Shown: piece after piece, positions 28,480 to 37,211 of the stretch
Numbering within the stretch: position 1 is the first letter of the stretch
How the letters are laid out: every line of letters starts with the position of its first letter
Virus record (IMG/VR): IMGVR_UViG_3300005549_000009
Coordinates: 3,083 to 67,082 of that record
Length of the DNA: 64,000 nt
From: a virus
Reading direction: 5' to 3' (one strand)
Made by a program: the position numbers and the translations under genes
The notes under the pieces: model-generated
What the model saw: the letters and a program-made list of their open reading frames with translations, nothing else
Databases searched by the model: none
Told to the model about the DNA's origin: nothing

Positions 28480-28796
28480 GTTTTTGGAAAAAGCTGCTCG
28501 CGTTCGTGGCAAATCGAGAGCCGCAGCCACAGGTTGCACCTGAGCCAGATCCTGATCTTGGTGTTTTTGGTCATTCGCCGACCTATGTCATGGAAAAGTT
28601 CGCAGCGTGTCCAAGATGCGGCTCGAACAAAGTCCGAGTGACTCCCTATGCCTTAGACTTTGGTGCGGAGTGTGGGAACTGCGGCTTCGGAGATAGTCGC
28701 GGCATGAGCAGTGGCCAAGCAGCAGCCCGGCTGAACGGCAAGTTTATGGATCTCCAAAAAGAGAAAACGAAAAACCAAACTGATACAAACCAATGA
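28476..28796 (+). CDS. Lar-like Zn-ribbon protein
   Basis: CPRCGS...CGNCG. Confidence 0.55.
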   Translation: MSFWKKLLAFVANREPQPQVAPEPDPDLGVFGHSPTYVMEKFAACPRCGSNKVRVTPYALDFGAECGNCGFGDSRGMSSGQAAARLNGKFMDLQKEKTKNQTDTNQ

Positions 28797-29185
28797 TGAC
28801 CCAACTAACCCTGCGCGACCTAAAACGCATCGAGCCCCTGATCCGCCGCAAGCAACGTTACCTGGACCGGCTGGCTGCCCTGAACCGGCAGCTGGAAACG
28901 TTCGGCGGCAGTCGCAGTAACGGCCTCATGTCAAGCGGAAAGATCGGAGGAAATCGGACGAAACCGGACAGGAACGGACACTACAAGCCCGGCAAGTCCG
29001 GTTCGCTTATCAACCGCATCAAGGCCACCCTGAAAGCCGCAGGCAAAGCCGGGCTCTCGCTCAAGGAGCTGGCGGCCGCCTGCAAGACCAGCCGCCTGAA
29101 CATCAGCTCCTCCATCTGCTATGCCCAGAAGCACGGGGGCGGCATCGAACGGATTGGGTGGGGGCGGTATTGGAGCAAGGCGTGA
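28793..29185 (+). CDS. Basic DNA-binding protein (winged-helix-like)
   Basis: N-terminal coil; GLSLKELAA...IERIGWGRY. Confidence 0.6.
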   Translation: MMTQLTLRDLKRIEPLIRRKQRYLDRLAALNRQLETFGGSRSNGLMSSGKIGGNRTKPDRNGHYKPGKSGSLINRIKATLKAAGKAGLSLKELAAACKTSRLNISSSICYAQKHGGGIERIGWGRYWSKA

Positions 29186-29193
29186 AGTTTGGC

Positions 29194-29220
29194 TCAAGTT
29201 TCTGGCTGTTCGACCGATGA
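29194..29220 (+). promoter_or_regulatory. sigma-28-like promoter
   Basis: TCAAGTTT-N11-ACCGATGA; ATG 29228 is 7 nt downstream. Confidence 0.65.
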
Positions 29221-29227
29221 TAGAAAC

Positions 29228-29452
29228 ATGATAAAAAAGTTCATCATCTATCGCAGCTGGCAGGCGAGCACTCGGAGTCTTCTGATCGTCGAGGCATCCA
29301 ATTTTGCCCGGTTCGTTGAAACGCCGGAGGACACGTCCTGGCAGGGCTACTTCGAGATCGACGCGAACCTTGACGATTACCTCAGTGGCTTCGCCCGAGG
29401 CGTCACGCTGGCCAACGGTGAAAAGATAATAACCAAGCAGGTGATTCAATGA
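29228..29452 (+). CDS. Hypothetical protein
   Basis: Start placed by promoter spacing. Confidence 0.55.
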   Translation: MIKKFIIYRSWQASTRSLLIVEASNFARFVETPEDTSWQGYFEIDANLDDYLSGFARGVTLANGEKIITKQVIQ

Positions 29453-29532
29453 CCCCGCTCCTCGCCGCCCTCCTCGTAACCGTGGCCCTGGCTGCGGAGC
29501 TGTTGCTGCCGAAACCGGATGGGAAGCGATGA
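29449..29532 (+). CDS. 27 aa hydrophobic peptide, not in ORF track
   Basis: MTPLLAALLVTVALAAELLLPKPDGKR; ATGA overlaps at both ends. Confidence 0.5.
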   Translation: MTPLLAALLVTVALAAELLLPKPDGKR

Positions 29533-29756
29533 CCACTACCGAACAAAAAGCCATCGGCAAAGCCCAAGAGAACTACGAGGAAGCTGCAAGGCATCTATGC
29601 AGGTGCGCCGACCTTCACGCTTCCACTTTTGCAACCCGCCCCCACGCCGACGGCCGCCACGACAACTGCCGCCGCTGCTGTCTCCTGGCTCAGGCGCGGG
29701 CCATCCTGCGAGGGTTCGGGATCGAGGCTAAAGCCGCAGAGGAACCCAGCCGATAA
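29529..29756 (+). CDS. Small Cys/His protein
   Basis: LCRC...HDNCRRCC. Confidence 0.5.
   Translation: MTTTEQKAIGKAQENYEEAARHLCRCADLHASTFATRPHADGRHDNCRRCCLLAQARAILRGFGIEAKAAEEPSR
29729..29756 (+). promoter_or_regulatory. sigma-28-like promoter
   Basis: TAAA-N16-GCCGATAA; ATG 29764 is 7 nt downstream. Confidence 0.7.
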
Positions 29757-29763
29757 CCTAGCC

Positions 29764-30471
29764 ATGAGTGAAAAAGAATCCGTTCTGGACAAGATCAAGA
29801 AGTTGCTCCGGCTCACGTCGTCTAGCAACCAGCACGAATCGCAGCTGGCCATGGAGCGCGCCCAGGAGCTTGCACTAAGGCACGGGATCGATATTTCAGG
29901 CGTTGATTCGAAGGAGCCGGATGCTTCGGAGATCATCCAAGAGCAAGCGGATTATCGGCGAACTACGCACGGGAAATTTGCTGGCGCAATCGTGCTCCAG
30001 TTCTGGCCGGTTAAGGCCGTCAAAGCCGCGACGGTCCTTTTTTGGATTGGCACACGCGAAGATGTTCAAATGGCGCGCTACGTCTACGAGTTTCTCATGG
30101 TCGAGTTTCCGCGCCTCTGGAAGATGCATCAACGAGCTGAGGGCCTCGCTGTCAATTCGCGAGGTGACTACTTCTATGGTTTGTATCGTGGCTTGAGTCA
30201 GAAGCTGAAGAAGAACAAGGATCGGATTCTTGCGCAGGAACAGGCAGCCAGAGGCCATGCTGCAATGAACAGTTACGCGCTGGCCGTTCGCAATAAGGAT
30301 GTCGCGCTGGCCAAAGCGATGCGCAAGTTGCATCCAAATACACGGTCGAGTGGCACCAGTCGCGTTTCGATTCGTAACCATAGCGTCGTCGCCTCCGGCG
30401 AGCAGGCTGGCCGCCAGATCAACCTGAACCGGCCCGTCGAAGGCGTCGGGAACCGTAAGCAACTCGGTTAG
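29764..30471 (+). CDS. DUF2786 domain protein
   Basis: LDKIKKLLRL...NQHESQLAMERAQEL..HGI. Confidence 0.85.
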   Translation: MSEKESVLDKIKKLLRLTSSSNQHESQLAMERAQELALRHGIDISGVDSKEPDASEIIQEQADYRRTTHGKFAGAIVLQFWPVKAVKAATVLFWIGTREDVQMARYVYEFLMVEFPRLWKMHQRAEGLAVNSRGDYFYGLYRGLSQKLKKNKDRILAQEQAARGHAAMNSYALAVRNKDVALAKAMRKLHPNTRSSGTSRVSIRNHSVVASGEQAGRQINLNRPVEGVGNRKQLG

Positions 30472-30482
30472 TCTGCCGATAA
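30456..30482 (+). promoter_or_regulatory. sigma-28-like promoter
   Basis: TAAG-N15-GCCGATAA; ATG 30490 is 7 nt downstream. Confidence 0.7.
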
Positions 30483-30489
30483 CAAAGAG

Positions 30490-32154
30490 ATGAGCACCGA
30501 CACCCTATCCGCCGCCCAGCGCGCCGCCGCCGAAACCGCCGCAAAAAACGTGCTCTGCATCGCAGGCGCCGGGTCGGGCAAGTCCAAAACGCTTTGCGCC
30601 CGCATCCGCCACCAAGTAGCCAGCGCCATGGACCCAGCGCAGATCGTGGCCATCACTTTCACGAATCAAGCGGCTCTGGTGCTGAAGCAACGGCTGCCGG
30701 ACCTGACGCTTGGTCATGTTGGAACGATCCATAGCTGGATTCTCCGCCTCTTGCGCGAGCATGGCCCCGCGCTCCTGGGGCTCCCGAAGCGGCTCACGGT
30801 TCTGACGGCCACCCAAGCGGAAGAGTTGCTGGCCGAGGTGCAGGCCGGGTTCGGGGGCAAGGTGGCGAAGCTGAGTGCAACGCGGGTTTCGAATTCGATT
30901 AAGAATGAAGCGGTTTTGGCCGGATTCAATAGAGGCGACATGTCCGATCCTGCCAGATTGGTCAACTTTGAATTCCACTCCCGTCTGCTCCGCGACGGGA
31001 TGCTGAGCTTCGACGCGATTTTGCACTTTGGATTTCTGCTGGCTGAGCGGCTGGCGGCAACCAAGACGCCCGTCTGCCATACGCTTTTGATTGACGAATA
31101 CCAAGACTGCTCAATTTTGGTTCACCAGATTCTGCTTCTCTTACCGACACTCAGCAAGTTCGCGGTCGGAGATCCAGACCAGAGTATCATGAGCTTCGCG
31201 GGCGGCTCCATCCAAGGTATCCTGGGGCTATCGCGCAACCCCTCCTGGGAGACCCACATCCTGGGCGATAACTATCGGTGCGGCCAAGTGATCTGTGACG
31301 CGGCCAACCGGCTGATCAGCCACAACAAGGCGCGGGTGCCAAAGGAGATCAAGGCGGCCAGTGGCCACGCTTCATACGTTATGGAATTTTCACGCGCTGA
31401 CGAGGCGACACAAACCCAATTCATTGTCGATTATCTTAAGCGCATGCCCCCCGACAAAACCGCCATGATCCTAGCCCGCACAAACTTCCAAGTGCGCCAG
31501 CTTTCCGACGCCCTCCGCGCTGCCGGTATCCAGCTCCAGGAACGGTTGCAGCCGGACCTGCCCCCTGATTGGGAAGCGGTGCGCCAGTTCGTAGCCTTCC
31601 TGGGGCAGCCGGATAACGATTGGCTCGCCTACCGGTTCCTGTGCCAGACGCGGAGTAGGGCTGAGGCGAATTCCTGGCGACAATCATCGGCAGAAGCGAT
31701 GACATCTATTTGGCATCGGCTTTGTAGCCAGCAACCTGAGTTTCAGCGGCAGTTCTATGGCGACGTGGCAACAACGGCGGCTCGATTCTTCTCTCGGGCC
31801 TCCTGCGAACTGCTCCAGCGCATCGTGGCCAGCCAGCCAGGGATACCGGTTGCCGAGCTTGGCTTAGCCCTGGAGGGCGTCGGGACGGTTGGACAGCCAG
31901 ACGCACGAATTGTCTGCCAGACCGCGCACAAGGCTAAGGGCGGCGAAGCTGACTGGATTTTCGTGGCTGGTCTGACTGCCGACGTTTGGAACGCCAAGCC
32001 CGAAGAGACTGAGGAAAATCGACGACTTTTATACGTTTGCCTCACTCGCGCCCGCGAAGCCGTGTTCCTCTCCGCGCCTCGCTACGGCCGCACTGCGGAG
32101 TGGCAGCGGCGGCCGAGCGAGCTGGAACCGAGTCAGTTTTTGGGGGAGTTATGA
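30490..32154 (+). CDS. UvrD/Rep/PcrA SF1 helicase
   Basis: AGAGSGKS, ITFTN, IDEYQD, VGDPDQSI, NYRC, TAHKAKG, LYVCLTRAR. Confidence 0.95.
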   Translation: MSTDTLSAAQRAAAETAAKNVLCIAGAGSGKSKTLCARIRHQVASAMDPAQIVAITFTNQAALVLKQRLPDLTLGHVGTIHSWILRLLREHGPALLGLPKRLTVLTATQAEELLAEVQAGFGGKVAKLSATRVSNSIKNEAVLAGFNRGDMSDPARLVNFEFHSRLLRDGMLSFDAILHFGFLLAERLAATKTPVCHTLLIDEYQDCSILVHQILLLLPTLSKFAVGDPDQSIMSFAGGSIQGILGLSRNPSWETHILGDNYRCGQVICDAANRLISHNKARVPKEIKAASGHASYVMEFSRADEATQTQFIVDYLKRMPPDKTAMILARTNFQVRQLSDALRAAGIQLQERLQPDLPPDWEAVRQFVAFLGQPDNDWLAYRFLCQTRSRAEANSWRQSSAEAMTSIWHRLCSQQPEFQRQFYGDVATTAARFFSRASCELLQRIVASQPGIPVAELGLALEGVGTVGQPDARIVCQTAHKAKGGEADWIFVAGLTADVWNAKPEETEENRRLLYVCLTRAREAVFLSAPRYGRTAEWQRRPSELEPSQFLGEL

Positions 32155-32345
32155 CACAAAAGCCTTCCAGGAAAGAGGTTGCCACAATCCGCTCGCTGAT
32201 TGCTAAGGAGAACAGGCGGCGAAAGAAAAAGCATTTACCTCTGTTGCCGAACGTGACCGCCAAGCAATTAAAAATGGGTTACGAGCGGATCATTGCCGAC
32301 AACTTGAAAGCAGCCTGGAGAAGGTCAATTAAACGCGCCAAATGA
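32151..32345 (+). CDS. Small basic protein
   Basis: GGGGAG RBS, ATGA overlap. Confidence 0.55.
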   Translation: MTQKPSRKEVATIRSLIAKENRRRKKKHLPLLPNVTAKQLKMGYERIIADNLKAAWRRSIKRAK

Positions 32346-32545
32346 AAACCGAAGCCGAGATCCGGGCTGCGATGGAACAACTCGCCCACTTAAGCCATTT
32401 GGCCTGCGAGGAAAACGATCACGAAACAGTCAATAGGCTAGGTTTATTTATCGGCGCGTTTCAATGGGTGATCGGGGACGGCACCGGTAGATTTGAATCA
32501 TTATTATCCGATCTAAACGCGACCTTCCAGGAACCAAAACCATGA
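32342..32545 (+). CDS. Small protein (MKTEAEIR...FQWVI)
   Basis: Paralogue of next gene. Confidence 0.6.
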   Translation: MKTEAEIRAAMEQLAHLSHLACEENDHETVNRLGLFIGAFQWVIGDGTGRFESLLSDLNATFQEPKP

Positions 32546-32751
32546 GAACCGAGCCTGAAATCCGGGACCTGCTCCGCGCTATGACCTGCGCCGCAGCCGA
32601 CATGGAAGCCAACTCAGATGGCCAAGTGATGGCCGTCAACATCGTGCATGCCCTGCAATGGGTTCTCGAAAAGGAATCGTCGCCCGCCTTTGCCGTCATG
32701 GTTCAGGAAGCAAAGGGCTTCCTTGCCCGCCGCGCCGCCCGCAGCAACTAG
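32542..32751 (+). CDS. Small protein (MRTEPEIR...LQWVL)
   Basis: Paralogue of previous gene. Confidence 0.6.
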   Translation: MRTEPEIRDLLRAMTCAAADMEANSDGQVMAVNIVHALQWVLEKESSPAFAVMVQEAKGFLARRAARSN

Positions 32752-32886
32752 CCTCCCCGAATCCAGAGGCCGCGCAAGGCGGCCCACGACCCCCCACGGT
32801 TAGTAGCGCGCCTGGCAACGGCCTCTGGTGCCCCTGAGTCTGCCAGCTGGGCGGCTGGGGCGGTAGCTGGACTTTGGGGTAGGGGA
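32752..32886 (+). other. Structured intergenic element
   Basis: CCAGAGGCCG (32763-72) / CGGCCTCTGG (32819-28) inverted repeat plus further stems. Confidence 0.5.
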
Positions 32887-32965
32887 AATCCAGTGAATAA
32901 GTTGTGGGCAAGTTCTGACTTTTTGCACTGTTAAATTGAGTTAACACGTGTTTACGTTTGTTTGC

Positions 32966-33871
32966 ATGGCACACGCAAAACTCTTTTCATCTATCACGGA
33001 TTCTTCGCTCTGGTCCTGCCCAAAAGACGTTCGGCTTCTGTTTATTACGCTGTTAGCCAAAGCGGATGCGACTGGGTTCTTTGAAGCTGCATTGCCTGGA
33101 TTAGCTCGTGCGGCTAACCTGACAATCGAGGAGACGAGGCCCGCGCTTGAAATCCTGATGGCCCCCGATCCACATTCGAAGGACCTGGACGATCAACCGG
33201 AGCTGGAAGGGCGACGAGTCGTTAAGGCCCCAGGGGGATGGATGGTTGTGAATTATCAAAAGTATCGAGCACGCCAGTCTGAGGAGGATAGGCGCGAATA
33301 CATGCGTGATTACATGAGGGATTATCGGGCCAGTAAACAAACCGTTAACAGTGTTAGCGAAAGTAAAGAATCCCCTTCTGCTTCTGCTTCTGCTTCTGTT
33401 CCCTCCCCGAAGGGGGAATCCAAAGGGGGAAGGTTTCAGCCGCCGACGTTGGAAGAGGTGAAGCGTATGGCTAAGGAGATCTCATTGCCGGAACCTGAGG
33501 CGTTTAAATTCCACTGCTATTACGAATCGAACGGCTGGAAGGTCGGTCGGAACGCAATGCGGAATTGGCACACCGCCCTGTCAGGCTGGAAATCTAGAAT
33601 TGAAACTTATGATCGACGACCCACATCAAAAACCAATTCAGGAAACCTTGGAGGAAACTCTAGAGCGCTTGGCCAGTATGCGGACCCAAACCAGTCTGCC
33701 AAAACCGCAGCCACCGTTGAACGACTCGCCGCTAGACGACAGGCCGCGAATCGACCTTGCAACCCCGTGGCAACGCAAGTGGTTAGCCCTGTCAGCGTGG
33801 CACCCCAAGGTTCAGGAAGCAGCGACGGCCACGGAGCAATGGTGCAGCCGAGCCTGCCGCAACCAACGTAA
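32966..33871 (+). CDS. Replication initiator (replisome organiser)
   Basis: KLFSSITDSSLW, NYQKYR, REYMRDY, FQPPTLEEV...YESNGWKVG. Confidence 0.85.
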   Translation: MAHAKLFSSITDSSLWSCPKDVRLLFITLLAKADATGFFEAALPGLARAANLTIEETRPALEILMAPDPHSKDLDDQPELEGRRVVKAPGGWMVVNYQKYRARQSEEDRREYMRDYMRDYRASKQTVNSVSESKESPSASASASVPSPKGESKGGRFQPPTLEEVKRMAKEISLPEPEAFKFHCYYESNGWKVGRNAMRNWHTALSGWKSRIETYDRRPTSKTNSGNLGGNSRALGQYADPNQSAKTAATVERLAARRQAANRPCNPVATQVVSPVSVAPQGSGSSDGHGAMVQPSLPQPT

Positions 33872-34325
33872 CCAGCCACTGCTCGTTTTGGCCGGACCTA
33901 CTGGTATCGGGAAAACGCACTCGCTTATGGGTGCATGGCGATTCATGAACGCGGTTCAATTCCAGCTGTTCGAAAACGGAGACTGGATCAAGCGCATTGA
34001 CGAGGGGACGGTTTCCGTCGAACGAGTCCTTTGGTCGAGGGTAGCAGACGAGATTAAAGAGAATGGATTCAACTTGTTCGAGTCCTTGATGGCCGCTGAT
34101 ATTGCGTTCATCGACGACATTGGGGCTGAGCACGATCCTTGGGGTCAAGTAACGGCCAAGCTTTGCCAAATTCTGACGCGACGTGAGGATAAGTTCACTA
34201 TGATTACGACGAACTATGGGCCTGTGGATTGGACCGCGAAGTTTGATGCGCGAATTAGTGACCGTCTTTTGCGTGGCAGTGATATCGTCGATCTTGCAGG
34301 CGTTGAATCCTGGTCTCAATTGTGA
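33609..34325 (+). CDS. DnaC/IstB-like helicase loader ATPase
   Basis: GPTGIGKTH, FIDDIGAE, ITTN, RISDRL. Confidence 0.9.
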   Translation: MIDDPHQKPIQETLEETLERLASMRTQTSLPKPQPPLNDSPLDDRPRIDLATPWQRKWLALSAWHPKVQEAATATEQWCSRACRNQRNQPLLVLAGPTGIGKTHSLMGAWRFMNAVQFQLFENGDWIKRIDEGTVSVERVLWSRVADEIKENGFNLFESLMAADIAFIDDIGAEHDPWGQVTAKLCQILTRREDKFTMITTNYGPVDWTAKFDARISDRLLRGSDIVDLAGVESWSQL

Positions 34326-34333
34326 TGATTCGC

Positions 34334-34362
34334 TTGACCCCTCGCCCCATGTGCCCGACACT
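34334..34362 (+). promoter_or_regulatory. Putative sigma-70 promoter
   Basis: TTGACC-N17-GACACT, followed by CCGAACTGAT. Confidence 0.5.
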
Positions 34363-34390
34363 GCCCCGCAGCAACCGAACTGATCCGAGA

Positions 34391-34993
34391 ATGCGCAAGG
34401 AAGCCCGCAGCGAGAACCGCCCCGAAACCCGCAACCAATCGCCCCGCCTAGCCCCGCCCCCAGCTGCCGAAGCCATCCGCAACCTGGTGGAACGCATCCT
34501 GTGCGAGCTGGCCAAGCGGCGCGAGTTCCTGTTCGTCACCCTCGACCCGTTCGACGGCGGCTGGTCGATCCACGTCCAGTGCCACGAGTCGGACATGGGC
34601 CGGATTCTGGGGACTGGCGGGAAACGGTATGACGCGCTCCTGGAGGTTGTGAAGGCCCTGGGAGTTCGCGCCAAGCTGCGGATGCTGCTCCCTCGCTACC
34701 AGCCACCGGTTACGCAGCCAATGGGGCCGAGCTACATGTTCGAGCCTGCCGAGGCACAGGATAGGGTGACGCGGCTCGTCCTGGACCTGCTGAAGGCGTT
34801 GGACGACGGCACGGGCACGGTTGGGGTGACCAAAGCCGGGATCGATCTGAGCTTCGATCTGCGCACGGAGGAGCCGGAGCTGTGGGAGCTGATCCTCGAG
34901 CATGTATCCACGATCTTCAAAGCCATTGGGTTTGGGACGGGGCTGAATCTTTCCTTGCGCGTCTTGCCGTTGGAACCGGAGCCGACCCCATGA
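34391..34993 (+). CDS. KhpA-like KH-domain RNA-binding protein
   Basis: IHVQCHESDMGRILGTGGKRYDAL with GxxG loop. Confidence 0.75.
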   Translation: MRKEARSENRPETRNQSPRLAPPPAAEAIRNLVERILCELAKRREFLFVTLDPFDGGWSIHVQCHESDMGRILGTGGKRYDALLEVVKALGVRAKLRMLLPRYQPPVTQPMGPSYMFEPAEAQDRVTRLVLDLLKALDDGTGTVGVTKAGIDLSFDLRTEEPELWELILEHVSTIFKAIGFGTGLNLSLRVLPLEPEPTP

Positions 34994-35250
34994 AACTAAA
35001 CGAATTTGTCCGCATCGTGAGCCACCTGAACCCAGACAACCGTTACCGGATGGAAGAGCGCGCAGCCATCGCGGAGTTCCACGGCAACATGACGCGGGAG
35101 CAAGCCGAAGCTCAGACGGCGGCTCAAGCGGAAACGATCATCGTCCGGGACGAAACCTGCCAGCTCTGTGACGGGCGCGGGAAGGTCGGCGAGCAGCCCT
35201 GTGCCAATTGCAACGGACAAGGGCGAATCGTGAGTCAAACTGCATCCTAA
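34990..35250 (+). CDS. Small protein with DnaJ-type Zn finger
   Basis: EERAAIAEF; CQLCDGRG...CANCNGQG. Confidence 0.65.
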   Translation: MKLNEFVRIVSHLNPDNRYRMEERAAIAEFHGNMTREQAEAQTAAQAETIIVRDETCQLCDGRGKVGEQPCANCNGQGRIVSQTAS

Positions 35251-35459
35251 TGACTGAGCTACTCCCATGTCCGTTCTGTGGTGCGCCTGCCAAGATTGGC
35301 GGCAGAGCAACCGTGCTGGTTACATGCACGAACTGTTCAGCAACTACCTTTCAAATCTTGGCCGATAAACAGAGCGCAATCGTCGCTTGGAATCGCCGAG
35401 CAACCCCTAAAAACCTATGCCATTTTTCGAACGTGGAAACGACAAGTTGCGGGAACTAG
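35250..35459 (+). CDS. Lar family restriction-alleviation-like protein
   Basis: LLPCPFCG...CTNC...AWNRR. Confidence 0.8.
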   Translation: MTELLPCPFCGAPAKIGGRATVLVTCTNCSATTFQILADKQSAIVAWNRRATPKNLCHFSNVETTSCGN

Positions 35460-35974
35460 CCAACGATCTACTCTGCAAATTCGAGACGCACAAACCCGTG
35501 CTGGATGCCAAAGTGAAGATCGATTACGTGTTCGCCTTCTGTGACCGGGACGAAGAAACCGGTGAGCCGCTAAACGACGCTCTGACCAAGAATGGAATGA
35601 AATGTCTTGGGCTGACGCGCAAGCTGCCACCCAAAGACCGAGTCATGGGCCGAGGTGACGCGGAGGTTGCCCTGGACGGCGACTGGTGGGCTAAGGCGAA
35701 CCCGGACGAGCAAGCCGCGCTCCTGGACCATGAGTTGCACCATATCGCACCAAAGCTCAAGAAAGGTGTGCTCCAGGTCGATGCTCAGGGCCGCCCGCAG
35801 CTGTTTCTGCGCAAACATGACTTTGAGGTGGGCTGGTTCCACATCATCGCCGCTCGGCACGAAGCCGCCGTTGAACGGCACCAGGCGCGGGGGCTCATGG
35901 ACGGTTATGGGCAACTGTATTGGCCGGAGCTGGTGGGGCCTGGCAAGGTAACGAAGCTGCCGAAGAGCGCATGA
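35417..35974 (+). CDS. Putative phage metallopeptidase
   Basis: ALLDHELHH...RKHDFE. Confidence 0.8.
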   Translation: MPFFERGNDKLRELANDLLCKFETHKPVLDAKVKIDYVFAFCDRDEETGEPLNDALTKNGMKCLGLTRKLPPKDRVMGRGDAEVALDGDWWAKANPDEQAALLDHELHHIAPKLKKGVLQVDAQGRPQLFLRKHDFEVGWFHIIAARHEAAVERHQARGLMDGYGQLYWPELVGPGKVTKLPKSA

Positions 35975-35976
35975 AT

Positions 35977-36149
35977 TTCCCGTTCCCGGACGAGCGATCC
36001 GCGTGGTTTCTGAGCATTCATGCAGGTTCTGCGCCGCCATGACTCTGGGGACGGGAAGCTTTCGTTCCGTTGTAGCGACAAATGCCGATTCTCCCTGGAA
36101 TACGGGTGGTTAGTAGCCATGTCGGCATCGCGGTGACCAGCGGAACGAA
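35977..36149 (+). ncRNA. Candidate structured RNA (two long stem-loops)
   Basis: 14-bp and 12-bp closing stems with G-U pairs and inner helices. Confidence 0.5.
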
Positions 36150-36164
36150 TACTTTTAAAACGAT

Positions 36165-36590
36165 ATGAGTCGATCCGGTTACAACGATGAGGTAGACGAT
36201 CAATTGCAGTTCGGTCGCTGGCGGGCCATGGTGGCTAGTGCGACGCGAGGCAAGCGTGGGCAGGCGATGTTCAAGGAGTTGCTGGCGGCGTTAGATGCGA
36301 TGCCAAACAAGCGATTGATTGCGCATGATCTTGAAAAGGAAGGCGAGGTTTGCACGCTAGGAGCCCTTGCAAAAGCCAACCAGATTCCAGTGGCCGGAGT
36401 CGATCCTGAGGAGCCGGAGCAGGTGGCGAAGCTGTTCGACATTGCGCCGTGCTTGGCGCAAGAGATCGAATATATGAACGACGAAAACTGGCCGTTCGAA
36501 GATTTCCGATCAGATACAAACGAACCGATGACCCCAGAGACGCGCTGGGAGCGGATGCGCGACTGGGTGGCCAAGCAGATCAAAACGTGA
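36165..36590 (+). CDS. Phage hypothetical protein
   Basis: SRSGY...GKRGQA...LDAMPNKRLI...RWERMRDWV. Confidence 0.75.
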   Translation: MSRSGYNDEVDDQLQFGRWRAMVASATRGKRGQAMFKELLAALDAMPNKRLIAHDLEKEGEVCTLGALAKANQIPVAGVDPEEPEQVAKLFDIAPCLAQEIEYMNDENWPFEDFRSDTNEPMTPETRWERMRDWVAKQIKT

Positions 36591-37045
36591 GCCAGCGAGC
36601 TGACCAACCTTGGGTAGACCGGCACAACGCCCGCGTCGCCCGGCAGCGGGAGGATCGTGAAGCATGGCATCCGTTGCCAGCGAGCGGCATCCGAATCACG
36701 CCGCAGGACCTGCACAGTTTCGAAGCAGCCCAGGAAGCCCAGCGGCTGGCCCCCGACGCCGTAGACCTGGAAGAAAAGCTAGCCCAAGACATCATCGGCG
36801 AGTGCAACCGTCGCGGCTGGCTCTGGTTCCGAAGCCGAACCGACCTGGCCAGTACGAGGCGGGAAGGCGAATGGGACTTTGAGATCTTGGCCGACGGTGG
36901 CCGCACATTCCGGATCGAGTGCAAGCGCCGAGGCGAGAAAGAGCGACCAGAGCAATTGGGCCTGCGTCTCTGGGCCGAGCGGCTCGGGCACCGGGTAGCG
37001 GTGGTCTGGAGCTTTCGGCAGTTTCTTGAGGTGATCGATGCGTGA
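36587..37045 (+). CDS. VRR-NUC-like PD-(D/E)xK nuclease
   Basis: GEWDF...IECK...EQ...GHRVAVVWS. Confidence 0.75.
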   Translation: MSQRADQPWVDRHNARVARQREDREAWHPLPASGIRITPQDLHSFEAAQEAQRLAPDAVDLEEKLAQDIIGECNRRGWLWFRSRTDLASTRREGEWDFEILADGGRTFRIECKRRGEKERPEQLGLRLWAERLGHRVAVVWSFRQFLEVIDA

Positions 37046-37163
37046 CTTTTTAGTGCGGTTTTGGTGCTCGTTTCGTGGGCACGGTGATATGGAACATGTA
37101 GCTGGCTGGCCAGGATGGTATAGGCGTTGTAAGAAGTGTGGCAAGATCCTGAATCTGCACTGA
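37038..37163 (+). CDS. 41 aa DUF1660-like Zn-binding peptide, not in ORF track
   Basis: GAGG RBS; FWCSFRGH...CKKCGK. Confidence 0.55.
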   Translation: MRDFLVRFWCSFRGHGDMEHVAGWPGWYRRCKKCGKILNLH

Positions 37164-37211
37164 GTTGTTTTCTTGTTCCAACCCCTTGCCTTTGTGGGCA
37201 CTCTGCCACCC

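Noticed and set aside
33375-33400. (CTTCTG)n repeat
   Set aside because: In-frame Ser-Ala linker typical of phage initiators
35361-35368. GCCGATAA box (also one near 59169)
   Set aside because: No matching -35 at 15-16 nt and inside coding sequence; not counted as promoters
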